Part shown: piece by piece, positions 1 to 10,000 of the stretch | How positions within the stretch are numbered: position 1 is the first letter of the stretch | Layout of the letters: each line of letters opens with the position of its first letter | DNA from: a virus | Taxonomy: Duplodnaviria > Caudoviricetes | Virus record (IMG/VR): IMGVR_UViG_3300032239_000353 | Location: 1 to 25,745 of that record | Direction: 5' to 3' (one strand) | DNA: 25,745 nucleotides | Position numbers and translations under genes: made by a program | Notes under the pieces: model-generated | Database searches by the model: none | The model's input: only the letters and a program-made list of their open reading frames with translations | What the model was told of the DNA's origin: nothing

Positions 1-2614
1 ATACTTGAGAGAATGAACTGACATCAGAATTTTGATTTCCAATCCAAGGATATATTGAACAAGTCGCAGATTCAGAAGTACAATCATAACTAAATAACTG
101 TCCTTGAGCTAAACATGGGTCATTTGTTACGGGAACCATTTGACAACCACTTTGTCTTCTGTAAACATATTTTTGTCTTTGAAGTGGTGAGTTTTCTAAT
201 CTTGTTCCTGTATTCCAAATTGTTGATGCTGCAATCATTTGTTGTGTCAAACGAATCCAATATGGACCTAAACCATCAACATATTCAATAAGTTTTTGGT
301 ATGTGAAATTGTCATTTGGAATTCCAACATTTTGTTCCGATAATAAATAATTGTAATAAATGTTTAACAAGTCAGGATAACCACTTGTCTTACCATCTGA
401 AGAATACCATCTTGTTCTTGCGTTTATTGTTTGTTGAACAAATGTTTGGGCAAATTCAAAGAATGTCTTTTTATTTGGTTGTGGATTAATAAATGTCCAA
501 TCATAACTACCATAACTTGGGTAAGTTGGTGTCATACCAGTATTTGGTATTGGGTAGTTATAGTTTTTAGACATTGACCATACATTGTATAGAATACCTT
601 GGCCAGGATTTAAGAACAAATCAACGTTTTTAGCATTTAACACCAACTTATCCGATGGTGCCACGTAATACGCATTATAACCTGATTGAGTACTTATTCT
701 GTATACAGGTGGTTGCCAACTTTTCTTATTGTCAGGAACTAACTTTAAGTTGAATCCCAAATTCATGTATGGGAAATTTCTAAATCTATCAAAATATTCT
801 TGACCATAACTAAATGGTTGTAATGTTGTTTGAATATTTGGACTGTTTCCTGTAAAAACTGATGAAGTTTGATTTACAACTTCAGGGCTTCTGTGTTGTG
901 GTGTTGACTCAAACCAACCCGCACCTTTTTCAAAGAAATAATTTTCAGTATTGGCAGGTGCTTGTGGATATCCAAATTCATCAACAGGATATGCGGTTCT
1001 TGTTTCTGTAACCAAGTAAGTTTGAGTTGATGATGTGAAACCACTGTAATGTGTTCCGTGAATTGAGAATGTTACACCCGAATTGTATGCTGTAACATCT
1101 TCAACATATGTTCCACCAGTAATTTGAGCGAATTGTGTGTTGAATTCTCTCATATTAATTCTTTGGTCGGCAACATAAACATATTCATTAAATTCAACCA
1201 AAGCATCAGGTGCTCCAACTAATCTCAATGTAAATTCAATTGAACGTCTTGTACCTTTGGATTTGAATAGATAAGCAGAATTAAGAATTAAATTTCTATA
1301 AAATTGATAGTTTAATTCTGATGGTGTCAATTCTCTTGAGAATCCTGCGTATTGTGTAACACCAGTTGCAGCATAAACAGAATTTAAGAAATCATCATTT
1401 GTTATTGGTGAAATATTTGGTGACCAACCTAATGTTTCAGCCAAGTTTTTCAACAACATTGATGGTATATCATTACCCGGTGTGTAATTAACCGAATTCA
1501 TGTATGCCAACGCATCTATGAATATTTTTATTTGGTCAAAACTTCTACCATAGATTTGTAATACTTTAGCAACCTTGTGGTCAGGTGTATCAAATTCCAA
1601 TAAAGAATCTGTAACCATAAACCTTGTAATCAAGTTTGTCTTATAGGCATCAAAATCAACACCAATCACATTTAACTTTTCAAGGTATGTTGTGAATAAA
1701 GGTGTTCTAATATCTAAATTCCATAAACCATCTAATGGCCATGTAACCGTTGCTGTTTGTAATTCAACCGCACCACCATCAGTTTGAATTGGTACGTTAA
1801 ATGTTGCTGTATATGGTGGTTGTGCTAATCTATTTAATAAGAATTTTTCAACCTCATCAAAATTTTCAGAAAAAGCCTTTTCAACATAATAATCATTTGG
1901 TCTAATGACTAATGATTTAATTGTTGTACTGTCACCACTAAATGGGTTTCCAATAACTATTACTTTTATTATACCACTGTATAAACTATTCGATGGTGTG
2001 AAATCAATGATTTGATATGGATAATTGTCAACAACTAATGAATAATTTCTATATGTGTTGGTTAAATCTCTTAATGGAGAAAATTCTTGCTCTCTGTTTT
2101 GTAAATTAATTTTAGAATTAACAGAATAATCTAATGAGAATGGGTTTTTAATTCTTGCAACATCAATAGTTAATTCCGTTTCATTTGAAACTGAATTATA
2201 TGTAATACCTGTTGCGGTATTACCTGATGTAAAATCATAATAATAATCATCAATCTCAATACCCGCAGGGAAAAAATTGATTATTCTTTGAACTGAAACT
2301 TCAAATCTTTTCTGTAACGAACCAAATATTGTAAAGTTTGTTACGTTTGATAAGTCAAAGTTTGGATAAACTCTATATTCTTTTGCGATTAATTCTCTTG
2401 ATTGATTAACAGAATCAAGATTCAAATCTTCTAATGAAACAGGTAATTGGAAAACGCCAATATTAAAATTTCTATTGTTCTTTTCGGATATACCATAACT
2501 CCACTCAAAGTTACCTTGTGTAAGTCCACCACCTTGCACCGTCTGATTACCAACCACATTATCGAATGGTGTCTGTGCTCCTGACGCTCCAATTGGGATG
2601 TACTTCTTAGCCAT
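1..2614 (-). CDS. Large virion/baseplate protein with a gp7/P2 gpI-like wedge motif; partial, >=871 aa, runs off the left edge
   Basis: Absent from the ORF track. ATG at 2614-2612 overlaps the upstream stop as TAATG. My translation reads MAKKYIPIGASGAQTPFDNVVGNQ... with no stop seen down to base 1. Contains LKNLAETLGW and YLFKSKGTRRSIEFTLRLVG (~1214-1270), resembling the KGT motif of gpI/gp7-type baseplate wedge proteins. Confidence 0.8.
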   Translation of the reverse strand, partial: MAKKYIPIGASGAQTPFDNVVGNQTVQGGGLTQGNFEWSYGISEKNNRNFNIGVFQLPVSLEDLNLDSVNQSRELIAKEYRVYPNFDLSNVTNFTIFGSLQKRFEVSVQRIINFFPAGIEIDDYYYDFTSGNTATGITYNSVSNETELTIDVARIKNPFSLDYSVNSKINLQNREQEFSPLRDLTNTYRNYSLVVDNYPYQIIDFTPSNSLYSGIIKVIVIGNPFSGDSTTIKSLVIRPNDYYVEKAFSENFDEVEKFLLNRLAQPPYTATFNVPIQTDGGAVELQTATVTWPLDGLWNLDIRTPLFTTYLEKLNVIGVDFDAYKTNLITRFMVTDSLLEFDTPDHKVAKVLQIYGRSFDQIKIFIDALAYMNSVNYTPGNDIPSMLLKNLAETLGWSPNISPITNDDFLNSVYAATGVTQYAGFSRELTPSELNYQFYRNLILNSAYLFKSKGTRRSIEFTLRLVGAPDALVEFNEYVYVADQRINMREFNTQFAQITGGTYVEDVTAYNSGVTFSIHGTHYSGFTSSTQTYLVTETRTAYPVDEFGYPQAPANTENYFFEKGAGWFESTPQHRSPEVVNQTSSVFTGNSPNIQTTLQPFSYGQEYFDRFRNFPYMNLGFNLKLVPDNKKSWQPPVYRISTQSGYNAYYVAPSDKLVLNAKNVDLFLNPGQGILYNVWSMSKNYNYPIPNTGMTPTYPSYGSYDWTFINPQPNKKTFFEFAQTFVQQTINARTRWYSSDGKTSGYPDLLNIYYNYLLSEQNVGIPNDNFTYQKLIEYVDGLGPYWIRLTQQMIAASTIWNTGTRLENSPLQRQKYVYRRQSGCQMVPVTNDPCLAQGQLFSYDCTSESATCSIYPWIGNQNSDVSSFSQV

Positions 2615-3522
2615 TATTGTCCTGTGATATTAGTGTAACTCTTACTGAAATCAATGTTTTGATTTCTATTCTCCTTAACCTCATAAAGAAGATTGTTAAA
2701 GTCATCTTTAATTTCGTACAAGTTAAATTGTGAGTAGATATTATTTTGTGTGTCGTAGATTGTGTAAATACCGTCTTCCATTGATTTAGTTTGGTTACCA
2801 TAAAGTGCAATACCCAATGTATCAATATCGTATTGAGATACTTGAACTTCTAATGTCAAAGGATTAAAATATGTGTTTGATAAAACAATACTTTGTGCTG
2901 GTTGACCAATAAATGGTGTAGCGTTTGGTTTGTTTGTTGGTGATGAACTTGGTGATAATGTACAGAAAACCAAATTGGTTTGTCCTTCAGTGTATCTATA
3001 TCTTACCGCTTTTTGTTGTGTGTTTGTTAAGTTTTGAATAACTGGTTCACAATAAAAGTTTGATGTAACAATTCTAAAGAAGTTTGGTATTTTACTACCA
3101 TCAGCGTTTAAGTATTCAACTCTATACCCAACAAGTCCTTGTGCAATAAATTTGTTAACAAATTGACTTGGTACGTTTGATAAATCAATAACAATACCTT
3201 TTACGTTTGGAAGTGCTGATAACACACCACAATCTGTAATCGATGTTCTGATTTCTGCTGGTCTAATATACAATGTGTATATACCAAGTTGAGTAAATGT
3301 TTCGGCTGGTAATCTTAAATTATATAATCCACCAAGTATTTCATTTGTATTACCACCTGTGGCGGCATTGTTAAAATATGGTCTTAAAATAGATGTTGCA
3401 TCCAATTTTGTTAAAACAAAGTCAGTTGTTACATCTCTCGATGGAGTGTAGTTCATGATGATTTGCACATCTTCGGGTGATACATCAGCCGGTCTTATGG
3501 TTCCGTATGTTCCTGTTGCCAT
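2614..3522 (-). CDS. Hypothetical protein, probable virion/baseplate component (302 aa)
   Basis: Long ORF coupled to both neighbours (1-nt gap upstream, TAATG overlap downstream); beta-rich T/N/Y composition; lies in the baseplate operon. No family recognised. Confidence 0.7.
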   Translation of the reverse strand: MATGTYGTIRPADVSPEDVQIIMNYTPSRDVTTDFVLTKLDATSILRPYFNNAATGGNTNEILGGLYNLRLPAETFTQLGIYTLYIRPAEIRTSITDCGVLSALPNVKGIVIDLSNVPSQFVNKFIAQGLVGYRVEYLNADGSKIPNFFRIVTSNFYCEPVIQNLTNTQQKAVRYRYTEGQTNLVFCTLSPSSSPTNKPNATPFIGQPAQSIVLSNTYFNPLTLEVQVSQYDIDTLGIALYGNQTKSMEDGIYTIYDTQNNIYSQFNLYEIKDDFNNLLYEVKENRNQNIDFSKSYTNITGQ

Positions 3523-3523
3523 T

Positions 3524-4603
3524 TTATGTTACGTTAAAAAAGTGATATCCATAATTTATTAAATCTCCAAGGTTGTCAACCTCACCTATTCTTTGGATTC
3601 TTTCATAGGCTGAGTTTTTTCCTCTCTCTATAAATACATTTGATTGTACTTCTGCTTGAGAAATTATTCCTAAAAGTAATTCATCTTTTACTAATGGGTC
3701 CTGAACCATCCAATCTTCAGTTAATCCTGATGATTGAATGAAGTAAATTGTATCCCCGTTGGCATAATCATAATAGTCTACATTTTGTATTGTGTAAGCA
3801 GTATAGACCAAATTCATTTCAGTTATTATACCATAATCCTCACCATTTTTTTGTACGGGAACTAATAGTGGGTATTTAACAGACCCGTATTGTGCCAAGT
3901 CAGATATTCTTGATGCTGTGTATCCACTAACCACAAATGGTACGGTAACATATGCTGATGATACTTGGTCAGCAACTAAATTAACCGCATCACCTGTGAA
4001 TATATAATCATACGATATTGGTGTTGCAGACCATGAACCAGTGTTTGGTGTAAAGTATGCAGTTCCTTGTGGATTAAAATTTGGTACATCAACAAACGGT
4101 GTTTGAATTTTTTTCTGTACCTTTGTATTACCCCAAGGATTATACTGTGATAAAGTAATTGTATATTCTTTTGGTTTAGATGCGTAAACGTGTGAAATAG
4201 AATTAGGTGTATATGTTGTAATTGGTTCAACAGGTGAACCATCCCCCCAATCTACTGTGTATTGTGATAACTCCAAGAATGAATTAAATTCAATATCGGC
4301 TGTATTATATACATTCCACAAATAAGGATTTGTTGTTGTTGATGAAAAAATAAAATTGGTAACAACATTTTGTTGTGATATTGCACCATCAAATGTCGAA
4401 TAGTATCCCAAGTCAACGGTGTTCTGAACCAATAGGATTGGAACGGTAAGTCCTGTAAGAAGAGATGTATAATTTGTGTTACCCGTTAAAGTTTGGGTCA
4501 TAGATGAATACACACCATATGTTTCACCTGAATAAGTGACATCATGGATAATTGTCTTCAATACCTCAGGGGAAACCCTGATTCTCATTACTTGTGTTTC
4601 CAT
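3524..4603 (-). CDS. PKD (Ig-like) domain-containing virion protein (359 aa)
   Basis: PKD signature YTVDWGDGS...ISHVYAS...YTITLS; TAATG overlap with the upstream gene at 4601-4605. Confidence 0.75.
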   Translation of the reverse strand: METQVMRIRVSPEVLKTIIHDVTYSGETYGVYSSMTQTLTGNTNYTSLLTGLTVPILLVQNTVDLGYYSTFDGAISQQNVVTNFIFSSTTTNPYLWNVYNTADIEFNSFLELSQYTVDWGDGSPVEPITTYTPNSISHVYASKPKEYTITLSQYNPWGNTKVQKKIQTPFVDVPNFNPQGTAYFTPNTGSWSATPISYDYIFTGDAVNLVADQVSSAYVTVPFVVSGYTASRISDLAQYGSVKYPLLVPVQKNGEDYGIITEMNLVYTAYTIQNVDYYDYANGDTIYFIQSSGLTEDWMVQDPLVKDELLLGIISQAEVQSNVFIERGKNSAYERIQRIGEVDNLGDLINYGYHFFNVT

Positions 4604-5382
4604 TATGGGTTTACGTATTCATACCATTTTATGGGGTTTGTTAAACCACCGACTCTATTTCCTGTTGGATAATCATACACTTTGAAAGTCTGTGTCGCAT
4701 AATCCAAATCAACTTTATAATAAAAATATTCTTCAGGTGGGAAACTTGTTCCACCACCCAAATTACTTTGTTTTGTCTTCATCATTTTAATGAACTTACC
4801 AGTGTTTGCATCAAAGAACTTGGCCGTCATATAAAATGTGTTTATATTTAAGAAATCTCTTTTCTTTAACCAATAAATAAAGAACCCTTCTTTATCACCA
4901 ATGTAATCCAAAGTGAATTTTGGTTTCTTGATTGTAACTGGCGTTGTATTGTTTAACACGGCTGGTGTTAAGTATCCTTGTTGAACAGGGAGTATTGTTG
5001 TGATGTACGCCTTTTGTGTTCTTGTTGTCGGACTATCATAATAATCAATCTTCCAAAAAGATTTTGTAAAAGGTTTTTCAAAGTAATACACCTGATTGGT
5101 TGTAAACTTTGGTAAGTATGAATTAATCCATGTTGGAGTTGTCGCATCCCCCTGATGAAAATTGAATTCATAATTCAATGATGTCTTTGTATTGTCATAA
5201 ACTGCGTGGTCAAATCTTGTCACCTCAAAATCATCACCTTTGTTTAGAATTTTTTCAATGATGGAAGTTTCATATTGCTCAATAGCATCTTGGTTTCCAC
5301 CAAAGTCCCAAATCTGTTCCAATGGTAGAACAATATCTTTAGCCTGGTTGTCAAAGACAACTCTTATTTTATTCGCATCCAT
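4603..5382 (-). CDS. Hypothetical protein, probable virion component (259 aa)
   Basis: ORF track; aromatic-rich; overlaps the upstream gene by 14 nt; inside the structural operon. Confidence 0.65.
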   Translation of the reverse strand: MDANKIRVVFDNQAKDIVLPLEQIWDFGGNQDAIEQYETSIIEKILNKGDDFEVTRFDHAVYDNTKTSLNYEFNFHQGDATTPTWINSYLPKFTTNQVYYFEKPFTKSFWKIDYYDSPTTRTQKAYITTILPVQQGYLTPAVLNNTTPVTIKKPKFTLDYIGDKEGFFIYWLKKRDFLNINTFYMTAKFFDANTGKFIKMMKTKQSNLGGGTSFPPEEYFYYKVDLDYATQTFKVYDYPTGNRVGGLTNPIKWYEYVNP

Positions 5383-7075
5383 CTATTAACGGTTGTGGTA
5401 CAATCTGATACAAGTCAGTTATGTCAAATGACGCACCTTCAGGATAAAGTCTAAAAGGTATATTGGTAAACGGATAATGTGATTCATTTAAGAACGGGTA
5501 ATCAACACCTCTACCTAAACTATCAATATATCCATATGTGTATATATCTCTCCATATCCATTGTTTCAAGTTATTTGAGAAATAAGCATAATTTGGTACA
5601 CCATCAACAAATGTTGAACCCGCAGTTTCAGTATAATCTGAAAATACTTTTAGTGTGATTGGGTAATGTGTTTGATAATAATAACCATCAGGGTTTGAGT
5701 TATTTACAGGTGATGTGTTAAACGCTTTTGAATAATACGTCATCTTATTCATGTAAGGTGAGATAACCCTCTCGGCTTGTTCTATGTCGTTCCATTCACA
5801 CCAATCACCATATATTGTATCACCACTGTGTCTTGGTAGATTAACTGTAAAGTCATAAGTAACATTGATACCCAATCCAACATTTTGTGTTTTTGAATAT
5901 CCCGATGTCTGAACATTTTCCAAAGAATCATTGTTTGTTTGACTCCACCAAGGATTTGTCTGACCTGGTAACATATTAAATTTCCAACCACGTCTTAATT
6001 GATTGAACCATCCCATGTATCCATTGAATTGGAATGATGCGAATATTTGTGTTACAGGTTTTTTATTGTTATCCATTTGGTTGATGATTTGGATATCACG
6101 AGCCGCGGTAACATTATAAGTTTTTGAACTTTGGAAGTTTGCAACCCTTCCAACATTATTTGGCGTTAAAGATGAGAACTGATAAAACCCTAAGTCTTGA
6201 AATGAGTTTAATTCAAATCCATTATTGGTGATGATTGAATCGTGGGGGTCGGTTATTACCTTATGCATTCTTACATAATATCTTGATTTGGTTTCACCCG
6301 AATTATTGATATCAATAATTCGTTTGAATACACCTTGATTACCCGTATTGAAAGTTGAACCAGTATAACCAACGTTTGATAAATTAAAGATATTCATGTC
6401 TGAACCAAGAGTACCATTACCTAAACTATACACTTGAAATGTGTTTATTGTACCATAACTAAATGACAACTCAACCCATTCTCCAACCGTCAATCCGTGT
6501 GATACTGGTGAAGTAAATTGAATAACAGGAAATCCATTGTCCGAACCTTGTGTAATTGAAAATGGTATTCCATCTCCTGATAACCAAGGATTTAGACTTG
6601 AGCCATTTGTAAAGAAATATTGCATTGGGACCGTGTAGTTATTTTCATATGGATATGACATAACAATACTCCAATTGTATGATGATGCACTTTTGGTCTC
6701 AAATGGTAGTTGTTGATTATCAATATCAGTCCTAATAAATTCAAATTCTTGGTAACTTGGTAATCCACTCCAAATACCATTAGTTAAAGATGTTTCAGGA
6801 TTAATATAATAAAGACTATCTCTAAAAATATTATAATACGTAAAACCAACTAAGTTATTTTCATAGATGTATGAAATCTTAATTGTTGGTCTAAATGATG
6901 TTGATTTTTGTCTTTCACCATCAAATACAGTTACAAGATTTAAGGAAACCGTTCTATCATAATCAATAACCTCAGATTGTGTTTGCAACAATTCAGCTTG
7001 CAAAAGGATATCTGTGTTTGGTGCTGACTTATATCTTAAATCAGGTTTTATAACTACAAAACTACTCTCAGACAT
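5369..7075 (-). CDS. Hypothetical protein, probable virion/baseplate component (568 aa)
   Basis: Long ORF with an 8-nt overlap (ATGTCTGA) with the 1601-aa gene; N/S/T/Y-rich; contains SPVSHGLTVGEWVEL, similar to the HGLxxGD beta-barrel motif seen in phage structural proteins. Confidence 0.7.
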   Translation of the reverse strand: MSESSFVVIKPDLRYKSAPNTDILLQAELLQTQSEVIDYDRTVSLNLVTVFDGERQKSTSFRPTIKISYIYENNLVGFTYYNIFRDSLYYINPETSLTNGIWSGLPSYQEFEFIRTDIDNQQLPFETKSASSYNWSIVMSYPYENNYTVPMQYFFTNGSSLNPWLSGDGIPFSITQGSDNGFPVIQFTSPVSHGLTVGEWVELSFSYGTINTFQVYSLGNGTLGSDMNIFNLSNVGYTGSTFNTGNQGVFKRIIDINNSGETKSRYYVRMHKVITDPHDSIITNNGFELNSFQDLGFYQFSSLTPNNVGRVANFQSSKTYNVTAARDIQIINQMDNNKKPVTQIFASFQFNGYMGWFNQLRRGWKFNMLPGQTNPWWSQTNNDSLENVQTSGYSKTQNVGLGINVTYDFTVNLPRHSGDTIYGDWCEWNDIEQAERVISPYMNKMTYYSKAFNTSPVNNSNPDGYYYQTHYPITLKVFSDYTETAGSTFVDGVPNYAYFSNNLKQWIWRDIYTYGYIDSLGRGVDYPFLNESHYPFTNIPFRLYPEGASFDITDLYQIVPQPLIDGCE

Positions 7076-10000
7076 TTGTTTCGGTTCCTAAATATTGTTG
7101 TACGTATTTATCCATGGCTGACTTACCTTTTTTCAAACCAAAGTAAAAGTACCAAGGTGCACTTGTTAATGTGTAGTCATTTGTTGGTGTTGACGCTTTG
7201 ATATTATAAGTACCATCAGGATTCCTTTGATAGATGTATCCATAAGCATTTTGTAATAAATTATTGTTTCCTTGGAAGAATGGTTTTAATCGTCTGTCAA
7301 ATTCTTGATATTTTTTACTTTCAACTGTTGGGTTACCACCGTATGTGTACCAAGAATTGTTTTGATTTCCAAAGATACTTGGTTCACCACTAATCCAAGC
7401 ATTGTTAGCCCATTTGAAAAATGGAACTTCTTGTGATTTTGTACCTAAATAATCGGCAATTAATGTTGTACCTGTTAAAGTTCTATCAATTCTTCTTGGT
7501 GATATTAAATCTCTATCTGCCGTAAATCCACTAAAGAAAACACCAAAAACAGGGTCACCAAGACTATCTTGACTTACGTAAATTGGATTGTCGCCAGTTA
7601 CATTTGGGTCATCAGGATAATTCTCCGCAGTAAATGGTGTAACTCCATACTGTGAATTTATCTGTAACATTTGTGCAAAGTCACCATCAACTCTATCTTC
7701 GTCTCTACTGAATAATGCACCAACACCACCAACACCAAAAATACCACTAATAATTCTTTGTAAGAAATTTTGGTTAACAAGTCTTGAAACAATGAATAGT
7801 TGTAATAAACCTGAATCATCACTCCAAGTTGTTGAATTAAATTTATTCATTTGATAACCAAAATAATTTGGTGTTTTGTTTACTTCACTTTGCCAAATAT
7901 ATTTTGGACCCATATCCAAAATTGTTGTTGGGAACAATAAATCTTTTGTGTTTACTGGTTGTGAAAAGGATGTACTTGCTCTTGACCCAACAAATTTAGT
8001 TCCATCATAAGGACTTGAACGATAGTAGAAATTACTTGATTTTGGTTCAAAGACTAATAAGTCACCACAATACAAATAATTAACTTGTGGTTGTCCTGTA
8101 ATAATATTTGTTGATACTTTTCTGTTATATGGCTTATTGTTTTTATCAAAGAATACACTTGATTCAAATGGGAACGCAAATAAAGAACCGTTCAACCAAG
8201 AGTTTACAAAAGTGTGCGATAAAACCCCTCTACAAATAGCAAAATTCATTCTGAATCTTTCCAACCATTGACTAAGTAATACATAGTCACTATTACCGTG
8301 ATTACTATCAAGTGGTAATAATGAAAGAATTGGTTTATTAACCAATCTATAACAACCATTAATTAAAACTTGACCACCAACGTTTGTATTGCAATTATTT
8401 GTATTTGGTAAAACAATAAATTCACCATTTTGATTTATATAACAATTTAAGTCAACCATTCCAGCACATGAGAATGATTCAATTACTTTATTAACAGTTC
8501 CACCCGTTGTAACATCAGGATTATTTGTTGGATTAACTCCACCAGCACCTGACGCACTTGATACAGTCGCAGCATTACCATTGTCCGTTATTAAACTATA
8601 AGTTAAACTAACAGATGTTTGTCCCGCATAATGGTTATTACCTGTAATTTCAGGTTGTGTACCTGTTGGTAAACGGTCACTTCTCATAACCATTCTTTGA
8701 CTATACATAGTCATATCATGTAATGGATATGCCGGTGCGTAATAGAATTGTGGTAACACACCATTGTTGTTATCATTATCAACAGTATTTACTGTTGCAT
8801 AGTTTCCGTACCAAATATAAGAACCACCTTCAATGTATTCATTTCCATAATAACCAACACCACTTGGTGTTACTTGTTTTGCCAACAATTCACCTGAAGT
8901 ACCAACTTGAACCATTGATGATGTTAATGTTGTACTACCTGTTGTAGTTGGTTGGAATACATTAATTTGTGTTACATCTAATGATGAATAGTATGATTGT
9001 AAATTAGATGTGTATGATGAATACTGTGTTCCAGCAGTGAACGTGTATGAATTATAATACAAATAACCTGAATGATTTTCAGTATTATTATTAAACTGAT
9101 TGTGTCTAACATTTGTCAATCCTACTTGAACTGGGATGTTCAAAAAGAAATCATTTTCAATTGTCACATTACCCCAAGTATTATGTCCAAATATTCTTGA
9201 TAAGTCATACTTAATACGTTTTCTTCCACTATGTGGGTCCACACCTCTAACTAAGAATATAATACCCAAACTACCACCTAACCATTGACTTAAATAATCA
9301 AAATATGGGTCAGCACCATCAACGCCTTGATTTTTGAATAGTTTTATTTGTTGGTCTATTTGATTTTTTAGACTTGAACCTAAGGTATTTGAATTGTTTG
9401 TGATGAACTCATCATATGTTGTTCCTGTGATAACTTGGAAGTATTCAATGTCAGTTGCGAATTTATAACTAACTGTAGATGCTGTTGTCGCACCACTTAA
9501 AGAATATGTAACACTTTTATTTGTTTGTGAAGATGGGTCAACATAATTCACCGTTATTGTTTTACCTTGTATTGTTGTACCTGTAACACCAGTTGTTGTA
9601 CCTGTAGTTGGTGCTTTTGGGTTAGGGTCTTTTGATAATAACGCCTGTTGGAAGCTTAAAAGTTGGCCTACCTTAAATGTTTCTTGAACTCCGGGGTCAA
9701 CAATAAGAGCCATAACATTATCGTAGTGAAACAAATTAGGATTTGTTCCATTTAATTTTGGTTCAACAACAACTTTAATTCTATTTGAACCCGCATAAAC
9801 ATCAGAATCAAAATACTTAGACTTTAAGTTAAATTTATTAATTGTTTCCCATATTGGTAAATTGTTAACAAAGTTATAACCACTATTGTTTATTTTATAT
9901 ATTGGTAACTTTTTAGTTTGGTCACTATAACCAATACCCGCAAAGGCACTTTGAATATTTGTATCAGTTGAATTCCAATTACTTGTATTAAAGAAATCCG

